64,000 nucleotides of DNA from an uncultured Gemmatimonadota bacterium (GTDB taxonomy: Bacteria > SM23-81 > DAOVCL01), in the NCBI GenBank assembly GCA_964626665.1, contig CAZVGK010000009.1, positions 1-64,000 of the forward strand, read 5' to 3'. The stretch's first letter is position 1. The number at the start of each line of letters is the position of its first letter. The notes below the pieces were generated by a model. The model saw only the letters and a list, made by a program, of their open reading frames with translations, was not told the origin of the DNA and did no database searches. Below are positions 52,267-60,515 of this stretch, in pieces. The position numbers and the translations under genes were made by a program.

Positions 52267-52449
52267 GAACACGAATAGCACGAATATACAAATTTCACGA
52301 ATGGAAAGGTGATTCATTCATAAAGATCCATTGTTTGAGATAATAAAGGCAGTGTTTGAGGTTCATAACGAATTAGGGTTGGGCTACTCGGAAGGGATGT
52401 ATGAATCCGCTAAAATTCGTGGTATTCGTCCATTGGTGTAATTCGTGTT
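52267..52449 (+). pseudogene. Truncated GxxExxY-family gene between inverted CACGAAT repeats
   Basis: From 52313 reads FIHKDPLFEIIKAVFEVHNELGLGYSEGMYESA; TGA at 52310; ACACGAAT repeats on the left, ATTCGTG repeats on the right. Confidence 0.75.
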
Positions 52450-52490
52450 ATAGAACATACTTCTATAAATGTAGATAGGAGTGGTTCTTT

Positions 52491-52528
52491 AAAAGGCCTT
52501 CTACGCTTGGTTGCAGAGGGCCTTTTTT
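52491..52528 (+). terminator. Intrinsic terminator
   Basis: AAAAGGCCTTCT/AGAGGGCCTTTTTT. Confidence 0.7.
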
Positions 52529-52542
52529 ATTGAAAAACCTGC

Positions 52543-52571
52543 TTGACAGAGGAGGATTTTCTACTTAAATT
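52543..52571 (+). promoter_or_regulatory. sigma70-type promoter
   Basis: TTGACA-17 nt-TAAATT. Confidence 0.6.
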
Positions 52572-52590
52572 AAAAGTTCAGGAATTTCCA

Positions 52591-52786
52591 TTTTTAGACA
52601 GGATTGACAGGGTGATCAGGATTAATAAAACTCGTCCACCAAGGTTACATCTAAGTTAATTAGGACGAGGGAGACATTTCCTGATGTCGCTCAAAAGTGT
52701 GCTGTCAGGAGTTACCTCTTGACATTTCTTACAATAATGGAAGGGACGAATAAAAATCCGGTAAATCCTGTTATCCTGTCAAAAAA
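52591..52786. mobile_element. MITE-like element with GACAGGAT inverted ends, copy 1
   Basis: TTTTTAGACAGGATTGACAGG...ATCCTGTTATCCTGTCAAAAAA; homologous to 54149-54410. Confidence 0.6.
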
Positions 52787-52881
52787 GTCTCGCCGCAGGC
52801 GATTAAATTTAGCTGTCAGATGAGGGTATCTGACAGCGTGGGAATCTAATAATGCAGGATAGCAGATTAGGGAGGTTACCT

Positions 52882-53922
52882 ATGCGAAAATCGAAGTGGG
52901 GGATTTTTGCCCTGGTAATTTTAGCCCTTTTCTTGTTTTTGGGCGGGGCTGCCTGGGGGGCAGAGGATAGCCTGCGGATTATCTATACAGGCAATACGCT
53001 CTCCAATTTAGTCCCCTCTGGGTGAGGTTCCCACCGCTCAGGTGGTCTGGCCCGGCGGGCCAGCTTCATTAAAGAGAAGAGCCCGGAAGGCTACACCCCT
53101 TTGCTCCTCGATGCGGGGGGCAACTTCTCCGGCAGGGGGAAGGGTGCCAAGTTGAAGTCGGAATATCTGGCCAAGATGCTGGCTGTTTTGGACTATGGCG
53201 CCCTCAACTTAAGGAGTGCAGACTTCAGCTTTGGAGAGAAGTTTTTGGCTCGGATAAGGGATAAGTATAGACTTCCCTTTGTCTCAGCCAATATCTACTA
53301 TGGGGATACAAATCGCCCCTTTGCCCATAGGTATCTAATCAAGAGGGTTGGGGGTAATGGTCTCTTGGGATTTAGGTATGGGGGGATAAGGGTGGGGATA
53401 TTTGGCCTCTCCCAGGCTTTCTCCCATAAACCTACCGATTGGCGGGAAAGGGTGGTAGTAGTTAAGGATCCGTTTCGGGAGGCCAAGAGGGTAGTGGCCA
53501 AATTGCGGGGGAGGTGTGATCTGGTAGTCGCCCTGGCCCAGATGGATATGGCCGGATTGAAGGAACTGGCCCAGAAGGTGGAGGGAATTGACCTAATCAT
53601 TGGCGGGGAGAAGGGTAGACAGGGGAAGCCCTTAGAGGTCAATCACACCCTTATCGTGCAACCTGGATCCCGAGGAAAGTATGTTGGTCTCCTCGATCTT
53701 CACCTTAATCTCCAGGGAAGGATAAGCAAATCTCGCGGATCCTTAGCCCTTTTGGACAACAAGATTCCCGACGATAAAAAGATGGCCCAGCTTATTAAGG
53801 AGTATAAGGAGGAGATGAACAAGAAGGCCAAAAGGGAACTGGGTCGGAGAAAGAAGGTTCCTCCCCGGCCCGGAAGAAGAGCCCCTACCCAGCACAGGGG
53901 AGGGATAATCAGAGGGCGATAA
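52882..53922 (+). CDS. UshA/5'-nucleotidase-like probable selenoprotein (346 aa, U48)
   Basis: GGAGG RBS, ATG 52882, signal peptide, IIYTGNTLSNLVPSG-TGA(53023)-GSHRSGGLARRA in frame with the ORF at 53101 (LLLDAGGNF, PFVSANI, GIDLIIGG); hairpins directly 3' of the TGA. Confidence 0.8.
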
Positions 53923-53932
53923 CTTCCAATAG

Positions 53933-53962
53933 AAAAGGCCCCCGCTGGCGGGGGCCTTTTTT
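53933..53962 (+). terminator. Intrinsic terminator
   Basis: AAAAGGCCCCCGC-TG-GCGGGGGCCTTTTTT. Confidence 0.85.
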
Positions 53963-53974
53963 CTAAGGGTCTTA

Positions 53975-54067
53975 GTTGGTGGCAGAACAGGGGTTCTGCC
54001 ACCTCGGGTAGATTCCGTGGTAAATTATCCATTCGTGTAGATTCGTCTATTCGTGTCATTTGTGTTC
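53975..54067. repeat. GGTGGCAGAA palindrome plus an inverted CACGAAT repeat block
   Basis: GTTGGTGGCAGAACAGGGGTTCTGCCACCTCGG belongs to the family at 12981 and 13481; 54031-54067 is a near reverse complement of 16512-16548. Confidence 0.75.
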
Positions 54068-54100
54068 TGTAATCTGTGGTGAATTGTTACGGAAAAACTG

Positions 54101-54129
54101 TTGACATTTTCCGATTTTGCTATTAAATT
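54101..54129 (+). promoter_or_regulatory. sigma70-type promoter
   Basis: TTGACA-17 nt-TAAATT. Confidence 0.6.
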
Positions 54130-54148
54130 TATAGCATAAAAATTTCCA

Positions 54149-54410
54149 TTTTTTGGACAGGATTGACAGGATGATCAGGATAAATAAAACTCGTCTACCA
54201 ATGCTCTCCTTGTGAATGTTACATCTAAGCGAGTTAGGATGTGGGAGACATCTCCTGATGGCGATAATCGAGATCTGGAAACCTCTCCCACAATTCAAAT
54301 GTGCCGCTGGCAGCTGGTTTGAATGTTACAATCCCAATGAGGGTTACAATAATAGACGGGATGGACAGGATGAATAAAAATCCTGTAAATCCTGTTATCC
54401 TGTCAAAAAA
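54149..54410. mobile_element. MITE-like element, copy 2, with a nested TGTGGGAG...CTCCCACA palindrome
   Basis: Same ends as 52591-52786; nested unit at 54240-54292. Confidence 0.6.
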
Positions 54411-54441
54411 GTTCCGCCGTAGGCGGCTAAGTTTTAATGGG

Positions 54442-55530
54442 ATGCGCACCGGTATCGCCAATCTCCCCCTCCATTATGGGAGGGCCCCGCGCTGGCTCTT
54501 TGGCAGGATGGAGGTTCTCTCTCGCCAGATAGCCATCTATGTGATAGGGGAATATGGCCCCCAGGCCTTTCTCAAGAGGCTCTCTGATCCCTTCTGGTTT
54601 CAGGCCTTGGGGGCGGTGTTGGGCTTTGACTGGCATTCCAGTGGCCTGACCACCACCGTCTGTGGGGCGCTGAAGGCCGGGCTTAAGGGGATGGAGGAGG
54701 AGTTGGGGATCTTTGTGGCCGGAGGGAAGGGGGCTGTCTCGCGGCGCACTCCATCAGAGATCATCGGATGGGGGGAGAGGCTTTCCTTTGATCCAGGGAG
54801 GCTGGTCTATGCCAGCAGGATGGCCGCCAAGGTGGACAGCGCTGGGCTGCAGGACGGCTTTCAGATTTATCACCATTCCTTTTTCTTTACCCGGCGGGGT
54901 GATTGGGCGGTGGTGCAGCAGGGGATGAATCCCACCGTCAGGATGGCCCGCAGGTATCACTGGCTGAGCGAGGGGGTGAGGGACTTCTGCTGTGAGCCCC
55001 ATCAGGCCATCTGCTCCGAAAGGGTTGGTTGGGCTTTGAATATGGTCTCCCGCCAGAGCGGCGAGGCCAGAAGGGTGGTGGCCTCCCTGGCTGGGGAGAG
55101 GCCGGAAAAGCTTATACATAATTTGCATTTTTTGCAGAGGCTCGATCTTCCCATCCGCCACCAGATCCTCTTGAAGGACATAAACCCGGAAAGGTTAAAG
55201 AGCATCTTTTTAAGCACTTACGAACAGAAGCCGCAGGGGTTTGAGGATCTTTTGGGAAGGAAGGGGGTGGGGGCCAAGACCATCAGGGCTTTGTCTCTTA
55301 TCTCGGAGCTTATCTATGGGGTGAGCCCTAGCTTCTCTGATCCAGCCAGGTTTAGCTTCACCCACGGGGGGAAGGATGGTCATCCCTTCCCTGTGGACAG
55401 AGAGGTTTATGATGAGAGCATATCCATCCTCCAGAAGGCTCTGGAAAAGGCCATGGTGGATTTTACCCCCAAGAGGGAAGCCCTGAGGAGATTAAATGGT
55501 TTTTGGCAGGGTGTAAGTGGAAAAATTTAA
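54442..55530 (+). CDS. DUF763 family protein
   Basis: MRTGIANLPLHYGRAPRWLF; GFDWHSSGLTT; HGGKDGHPFPV. The upstream in-frame extension is repeat DNA. Confidence 0.85.
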   Translation: MRTGIANLPLHYGRAPRWLFGRMEVLSRQIAIYVIGEYGPQAFLKRLSDPFWFQALGAVLGFDWHSSGLTTTVCGALKAGLKGMEEELGIFVAGGKGAVSRRTPSEIIGWGERLSFDPGRLVYASRMAAKVDSAGLQDGFQIYHHSFFFTRRGDWAVVQQGMNPTVRMARRYHWLSEGVRDFCCEPHQAICSERVGWALNMVSRQSGEARRVVASLAGERPEKLIHNLHFLQRLDLPIRHQILLKDINPERLKSIFLSTYEQKPQGFEDLLGRKGVGAKTIRALSLISELIYGVSPSFSDPARFSFTHGGKDGHPFPVDREVYDESISILQKALEKAMVDFTPKREALRRLNGFWQGVSGKI

Positions 55531-56284
55531 GGAGATAGCCATCGATCTGGCTCAGGCCTCTGGTCAGATGCTTATGGGAAGTTTGGGGAAGGTAAAGGAC
55601 ATAGGCCACAAAGGGGAGATTGATCTGGTTACGGAGGCAGACAGGAGATCGGAGGAGCTTATAGTGGGCAGGCTCAGGGAGGCCTTTCCTCACCACGCCA
55701 TCATAGCTGAGGAGAGCGGTGGGGAGAGGGATGCGGAATACCTCTGGCTGATAGATCCCCTTGATGGCACGACTAACTATGCCCATGGCTTGCCCTGGTT
55801 TACCGTCTCCATCGGGCTGCTCAAAGGGGAGGAGCCCATATTGGGGGTGATCTACAACCCCCCTTTGGATGAGCTTTTCTGGGTGGAGAGGGGGGAAGGG
55901 GCCTGGTTGAATGGGGAAAAGATTGAGGTTTCCTCCACCCCACAGCTCTCCCAAAGCCTTCTGGCCACCGGTTTTCCCTATGACATAAGGGAAAGTAAAG
56001 TAAACAACCTGGACCACTTCTCCCATTTTTCCCTGAGGGCCTTAGCCATCAGGAGAGCGGGCTCTGCTGCCCTTGATCTGGCCTATCTGGCCTGTGGCCG
56101 GTTTGATGGTTTTTGGGAGCTGAAGCTTCACCCCTGGGATATGGCAGCCGGCGCCCTTCTGGTTACAGAGGCGGGAGGAATCATAACCGACTTTAAGGGG
56201 AGCAGATTTGATCCCTTTGGAAAGGAGATTTTGGCCTCCAATGGGAGGATACACAACCAGATGTGGGCTGTGCTAAACAGGTGA
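55517..56284 (+). CDS. suhB: Inositol monophosphatase
   Basis: DLVTEAD, WLIDPLDGTTNYAHG, RRAGSAALDL, WDMAAG. Confidence 0.93.
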   Translation: MEKFKEIAIDLAQASGQMLMGSLGKVKDIGHKGEIDLVTEADRRSEELIVGRLREAFPHHAIIAEESGGERDAEYLWLIDPLDGTTNYAHGLPWFTVSIGLLKGEEPILGVIYNPPLDELFWVERGEGAWLNGEKIEVSSTPQLSQSLLATGFPYDIRESKVNNLDHFSHFSLRALAIRRAGSAALDLAYLACGRFDGFWELKLHPWDMAAGALLVTEAGGIITDFKGSRFDPFGKEILASNGRIHNQMWAVLNR

Positions 56285-56566
56285 CAGTTGACGGGGAACA
56301 GGGCTCAGGATTAAGGATTAAGATAAAACAGCGAAGTGAAAATATGTGGGAGGCATCTCCTGATGCCGATAAAAAGTGTGCTGTCAGGAGTTGCCTCTTC
56401 TGCCAAGAACCCCGTCGGAACGGGGCTGACAGCTCTTGAAAGGTCAGGAGACCTCTCCCACAACTTTGCATTTTCCGAGGATCAGTTTCCAGGGATCAGA
56501 AAAAGTCCGTGGCAACTGATAATTAGCTGACTGCTGACTGCTTACCCCTGATCCCTGTGAACTGTC
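56283..56566. repeat. Nested inverted-repeat element
   Basis: Outer GACAGTTGACGGGGAACAGGG / CCCTGATCCCTGTGAACTGTC; inner TGTGGGAG...CTCCCACA at 56345-56462. Confidence 0.7.
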
Positions 56567-56587
56567 TTTAAACTAAGGAGGATTCAA

Positions 56588-57196
56588 ATGGAGGATATTA
56601 AATGGCTGGGTCATGCCAGCTTCAAGATCAGTGGGGAGAAAATCGTCTATATCGATCCCTGGAAGTTGCAGGGGAAAAATGAGGAGGCAAATATTATCCT
56701 CATCACCCATGACCATTACGATCATTGCTCTTTATCTGATATCGAAAAGCTAAAGGGGAAGGGGACAACTGTTGTCGCTCCCCCTGATGCGGCCAAGAAG
56801 ATAACCGGGGATGTGCGGGTGGTAAAACCAGGCGATGAGCTCATGGTCCAGGGGATAAAAATAGAGGCCTATCCTGCCTACAACCTGGAGAAGGAGTTCC
56901 ATCCGCGAGCCAATGGTTGGGTGGGGTATGTCATTGAGATCAATGGGAGGAGGGTCTACCATGCGGGGGATACGGACCTCATCCCAGAGATGGAAGGGAT
57001 TAAAGCGGATATTGCCCTCCTGCCAGTAGGGGGGACCTATACGATGAATGCCAGGGAGGCGGCCGAGGCGGCCAACAGGATAAAGCCCAAGCTCGCTGTC
57101 CCTATGCACTTTGGCGCTATTGTTGGCTCCTCCAAGGATGCGGAGGAGTTCAAAGCCCTCTGCCAGGTACCGGTGGAGATCTGGAAAAGGAGTTGA
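56588..57196 (+). CDS. MBL-fold metallo-hydrolase
   Basis: WLGHAS, THDHYDH, YHAGDT, PMHFG. Confidence 0.92.
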   Translation: MEDIKWLGHASFKISGEKIVYIDPWKLQGKNEEANIILITHDHYDHCSLSDIEKLKGKGTTVVAPPDAAKKITGDVRVVKPGDELMVQGIKIEAYPAYNLEKEFHPRANGWVGYVIEINGRRVYHAGDTDLIPEMEGIKADIALLPVGGTYTMNAREAAEAANRIKPKLAVPMHFGAIVGSSKDAEEFKALCQVPVEIWKRS

Positions 57197-57197
57197 T

Positions 57198-57452
57198 ATG
57201 GAGGAGAAAATAGGGGTTGTAGAGGATTACTTCGCCCACGTGGGGGTGGCTGGGGTGAGGATCACCCAGGGGAAATTGCGGGTGGGGGGGATGGTTCATA
57301 TCAAAGGTCACACCACAGACCTTACCCTCAAGATCGATTCTATGGAGATCGAGCACAGGAAGGTGGAGGAGGCCGAACCCAATGATGAGGTGGGGATAAA
57401 GGTAGCCGAGAGGGTGAGATCAGGGGATGAGGTCTATTTGGTCACCGACTAG
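57198..57452 (+). CDS. Small translation-elongation-factor-like beta-barrel protein
   Basis: AGGAG RBS; IGVVEDYFAHVGVAG...IKGHTTD...SMEIEH...VGIKV..RVR.GD.VY. Confidence 0.8.
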   Translation: MEEKIGVVEDYFAHVGVAGVRITQGKLRVGGMVHIKGHTTDLTLKIDSMEIEHRKVEEAEPNDEVGIKVAERVRSGDEVYLVTD

Positions 57453-57794
57453 ATGAGGATAGATTCCTACGGATTTGGCCGGATAGTTGTGGGAGGAACG
57501 GCCTATACTTCGGATCTAATTATCTATCCGGAGAGGATAGAGGCTAACTGGTGGAGAAAGGAGGGCCACCTCCTGCAGCCAGAGGACATAGAGGAAGTTG
57601 TGGAGTATAAGCCTCAGACCGTGGTGGTGGGAACCGGGGCCTACGGGCTGATGAAAGTGGCCCCGCAAACAAAGGCCAACCTTAAGCTACGAGGAATTGG
57701 GCTGGTCTGCGAGCCCACTAAGGAGGCCTGTCGGATTTACAACGAGATCTCTGACTCAGAGAAGGTGGTGGCCTGCCTCCACCTCACCTGTTGA
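57453..57794 (+). CDS. Mth938-like (DUF498) protein
   Basis: IDSYGFG, WWRKEGH, VVGTG, HLTC end. Confidence 0.88.
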   Translation: MRIDSYGFGRIVVGGTAYTSDLIIYPERIEANWWRKEGHLLQPEDIEEVVEYKPQTVVVGTGAYGLMKVAPQTKANLKLRGIGLVCEPTKEACRIYNEISDSEKVVACLHLTC

Positions 57795-57797
57795 GCT

Positions 57798-58682
57798 ATG
57801 GGGGATAGAGGATGGGTAAATGAAGGGAATGGTTTCTCCGGGGGGTATTGGTCTGCCCCTCCGGAACCACCTCTGCCTACCTGGAGGTCGGCTTGGAAGA
57901 ATATCCTCCTCTTCTTTCTCACCTTTCTTTCCACCTTTTGGGTGGGATCTGCCTTTTTGGGAGGAGGGCTCTGGTATTGCTTCTCCCTGATGGCCATCCT
58001 TTTGGCCCATGAGTCGGGCCATTGGCTGATGTCCCGCCGCCATGGGGTAAAGGCCTCCCTCCCCTATTTTATCCCCTTTCCCCTTCCCCCCTTTGGCACC
58101 TTAGGGGCAGTGATCAGGATGAAGTCCCCGATGACTACCAGGAAGGCCCTCTTGGATATAGGAGCTGCTGGTCCCTTTGCTGGGCTGGTGGTTGCCATAC
58201 CGGTGACCATCGTGGGCCTTTTACATTCGGAGGTGGTAGAGGGGTCAATTGGGGAGGGGGTCCCCTTGGGGAGCTCCCTCCTCTTTCATCTCCTTATTTG
58301 GCTAGTAAAGGGGCCAATTCCCTCTGGCCAGGAGGTTGTGCTTCATCCTTTGGCCTATGCCGGCTGGGTGGGCCTGTTTGTCACCGCCCTCAACCTCCTC
58401 CCCATTGGTCAGTTGGATGGAGGTCACATTCTCTACTCTTTGATCGGTCAGAAGAGCCTTAAGGTCTTCAAATTAACCTTAGGTGCCTTTGGCCTGATTT
58501 GCATTATCTTTTACCGAGGTTGGTTCCTTTTGATCTTGCTCCTTCTCCTTTTTGGCCTGCGTCACCCGCCGCCTCTGGATTCGGTAACCCCCTTGGGAAG
58601 GAAGAGGGTGGCGGTTGGCCTTCTGGCCTTTGTCATCTTTTTTCTCTGTTTTACCCCCAAACCCTTTCATATGTGGGGATGA
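57798..58682 (+). CDS. Site-2 protease (M50)
   Basis: HESGH; NLLPIGQLDGGH; several TM segments. Confidence 0.9.
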   Translation: MGDRGWVNEGNGFSGGYWSAPPEPPLPTWRSAWKNILLFFLTFLSTFWVGSAFLGGGLWYCFSLMAILLAHESGHWLMSRRHGVKASLPYFIPFPLPPFGTLGAVIRMKSPMTTRKALLDIGAAGPFAGLVVAIPVTIVGLLHSEVVEGSIGEGVPLGSSLLFHLLIWLVKGPIPSGQEVVLHPLAYAGWVGLFVTALNLLPIGQLDGGHILYSLIGQKSLKVFKLTLGAFGLICIIFYRGWFLLILLLLLFGLRHPPPLDSVTPLGRKRVAVGLLAFVIFFLCFTPKPFHMWG

Positions 58683-58884
58683 GAAGATTGCCCTTTTGAT
58701 TCACCGCTGACTGGCGCAGCGCGCGGAGGCTGTAACCAAATAATCAACCGCAAAGTTGCAAATTTACTAGTGCCGTCAGATGAGGAAATCTACCTACTGG
58801 GCGGTACATAATCCCCTAAGTATCAGAGAGTTAAAATTGTAATCGGCCAATCAAAAATCCAGGTTAGAAAGGAGTGATTGAAAA

Positions 58885-59223
58885 ATGACTGAACCCCTTG
58901 AGGTTGATGATAGCAACTTTGATCAGGAGGTCCTGGGGGCTTCGCTCCCCGTCTTGGTCGATTTTTGGGCTGAATGGTGTGCCCCCTGTAAGATGATCTC
59001 CCCCATTGTGGCGGAGATAGGTGATGAGTATGCGGAAAGGCTGAAGGTGGCCAGCCTCAATGTGGATAATAGCCCTATTACTGCTTCCCAATACGGGGTA
59101 ATGAGCATCCCCAGCCTCCTTGTCTTCCAGGGTAGGAAGGAGATAGAGAGGATAGTAGGGGCCCTCTCCAAGGGACATCTTATCTCTAAGCTGGAGAGGA
59201 TATTGGGGAAACATGATCAGTAG
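58885..59223 (+). CDS. trxA: Thioredoxin
   Basis: VDFWAEWCAPCK; SIP. Confidence 0.95.
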   Translation: MTEPLEVDDSNFDQEVLGASLPVLVDFWAEWCAPCKMISPIVAEIGDEYAERLKVASLNVDNSPITASQYGVMSIPSLLVFQGRKEIERIVGALSKGHLISKLERILGKHDQ

Positions 59224-59296
59224 GGAATCTTTTCCTTGACTGCAGGATTCTTTTTTTATATATTAGATGGAACTGATCCCCCCTACAGGAGATGTT

Positions 59297-59782
59297 ATGA
59301 TGCACTTAGTCTCAGTGAGCGGTTTGGCCATAGATATGGGCTCAAATTCCCCAGTTGTGCTTCTTAAGGAGGCCCGGGGGAAGAGGGTTTTACCCATTTG
59401 GATAGGGCCCTATGAGGCAATGGCTATTGCTATGGAGTTGGCTGGGATTGGCTCCAAGCGTCCCCTTACCCACGATCTGATGAAGATGATCATCTCTGGC
59501 CTGGGTGGCAAGATTACCAAAGTGGAGATAACAGAGCTTAAGGAGCAAACCTTCTACGCCCGCATCTGGATCCAACAGAATGATGCCATATTGAATATCG
59601 ATGCCCGTCCCAGTGACTCCATTGCCCTGGCCCTGCGAGAAAAGGCCCCTATCTATGTTGCCTCGGGCGTCTTCGACCTCCACTTGGGTGCAGAGGAAAC
59701 TGAGGAGGAGAGAGCCCGCAACCTAAGGGAGAGGCTGAAGAGGATAAACCCTGAGGAATTTGGGAACTTTTCCTTCTCCTAA
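59297..59782 (+). CDS. Bifunctional nuclease family (DUF151)
   Basis: LPIWIG..EA; RPLTHDL; IDARPSDSIALA; AGGAG RBS. Confidence 0.9.
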   Translation: MMHLVSVSGLAIDMGSNSPVVLLKEARGKRVLPIWIGPYEAMAIAMELAGIGSKRPLTHDLMKMIISGLGGKITKVEITELKEQTFYARIWIQQNDAILNIDARPSDSIALALREKAPIYVASGVFDLHLGAEETEEERARNLRERLKRINPEEFGNFSFS

Positions 59783-59859
59783 GGAACAACATCTCATCCT
59801 GGTTTAAGGGGGGCGATCACTCCGTTTTTGGGGTGGAAAATGCCTCCTTTTCTCTTCTG

Positions 59860-60515
59860 ATGATCAGATCTTTTGTTGATAGATCCCCTCACATTCATCC
59901 CACTGTTTTTGTGGCCTCCGATGCTCAGGTAATTGGCGATGTCTACTTGGGGGAAGGGGTAAGCATCTGGTTTGGAGCTATCCTCCGGGGGGATATAAAC
60001 TACATCCGTATTGGGGAGAGGGGCAACATTCAAGATGGTTGCCTCCTCCATGTAACGGAGGGGGACCCGCTGGTGGTAGGGGATGAGGTGACAGTGGGCC
60101 ACGGAGCCATCCTCCATGGGTGTCGAATAGATGGTGAATTTATAGCGAAGCTTCGAATTTCAGAATATAAAGTACAAAAGTCAAAGTTGCTTTCCCTTGT
60201 AGGGTTAATAGGCAACTCCAAGTCTTTCCATTTTTCAATTTTCAATCTGCAATTTTCAATGGCTGGCTTCAGAAAACTTGACATAAATTTTTAGAAGATG
60301 CTTTATGAAGCCAGCTAGATGGAGCCCAGGTAGGTGAAGACTCTATTGTGGCCGCTGGTGCTCTGATCAGGGAAGGTCAAAGGTTTCCCCCGCACAGTTT
60401 GCTAGCTGGTCTGCCGGCTGTAGTGAAAAGGGAAGTAACAGAAGAGGAATTGCGGGAGATAATTTTCTCTGCCCATCGCTATGAAAATCTGGCCCGGAAA
60501 TACAAAGCTATTTAG
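59860..60515 (+). pseudogene. Gamma-carbonic anhydrase family gene, interrupted
   Basis: N-part LRGDIN..NIQDG..LH..VGHGAILHGC; C-part LDGAQVGEDSIVAAGA...YKAI* (60315-60515) in another frame after ~180 bp of foreign DNA. Confidence 0.85.

Noticed and set aside
54301-54441. N-terminal extension of DUF763 (also the early starts at 16759 and 59833)
   Set aside because: These run through repeat or intergenic DNA; downstream ATGs fit the family N-terminus or signal peptide better.
58705-58806. ZTP (pfl) riboswitch-like words GACTGGCG ... GCCG ... CTGGGC
   Set aside because: The P1/P2 stems are not evident, the 3' part is a truncated REP, and the downstream gene is trxA.
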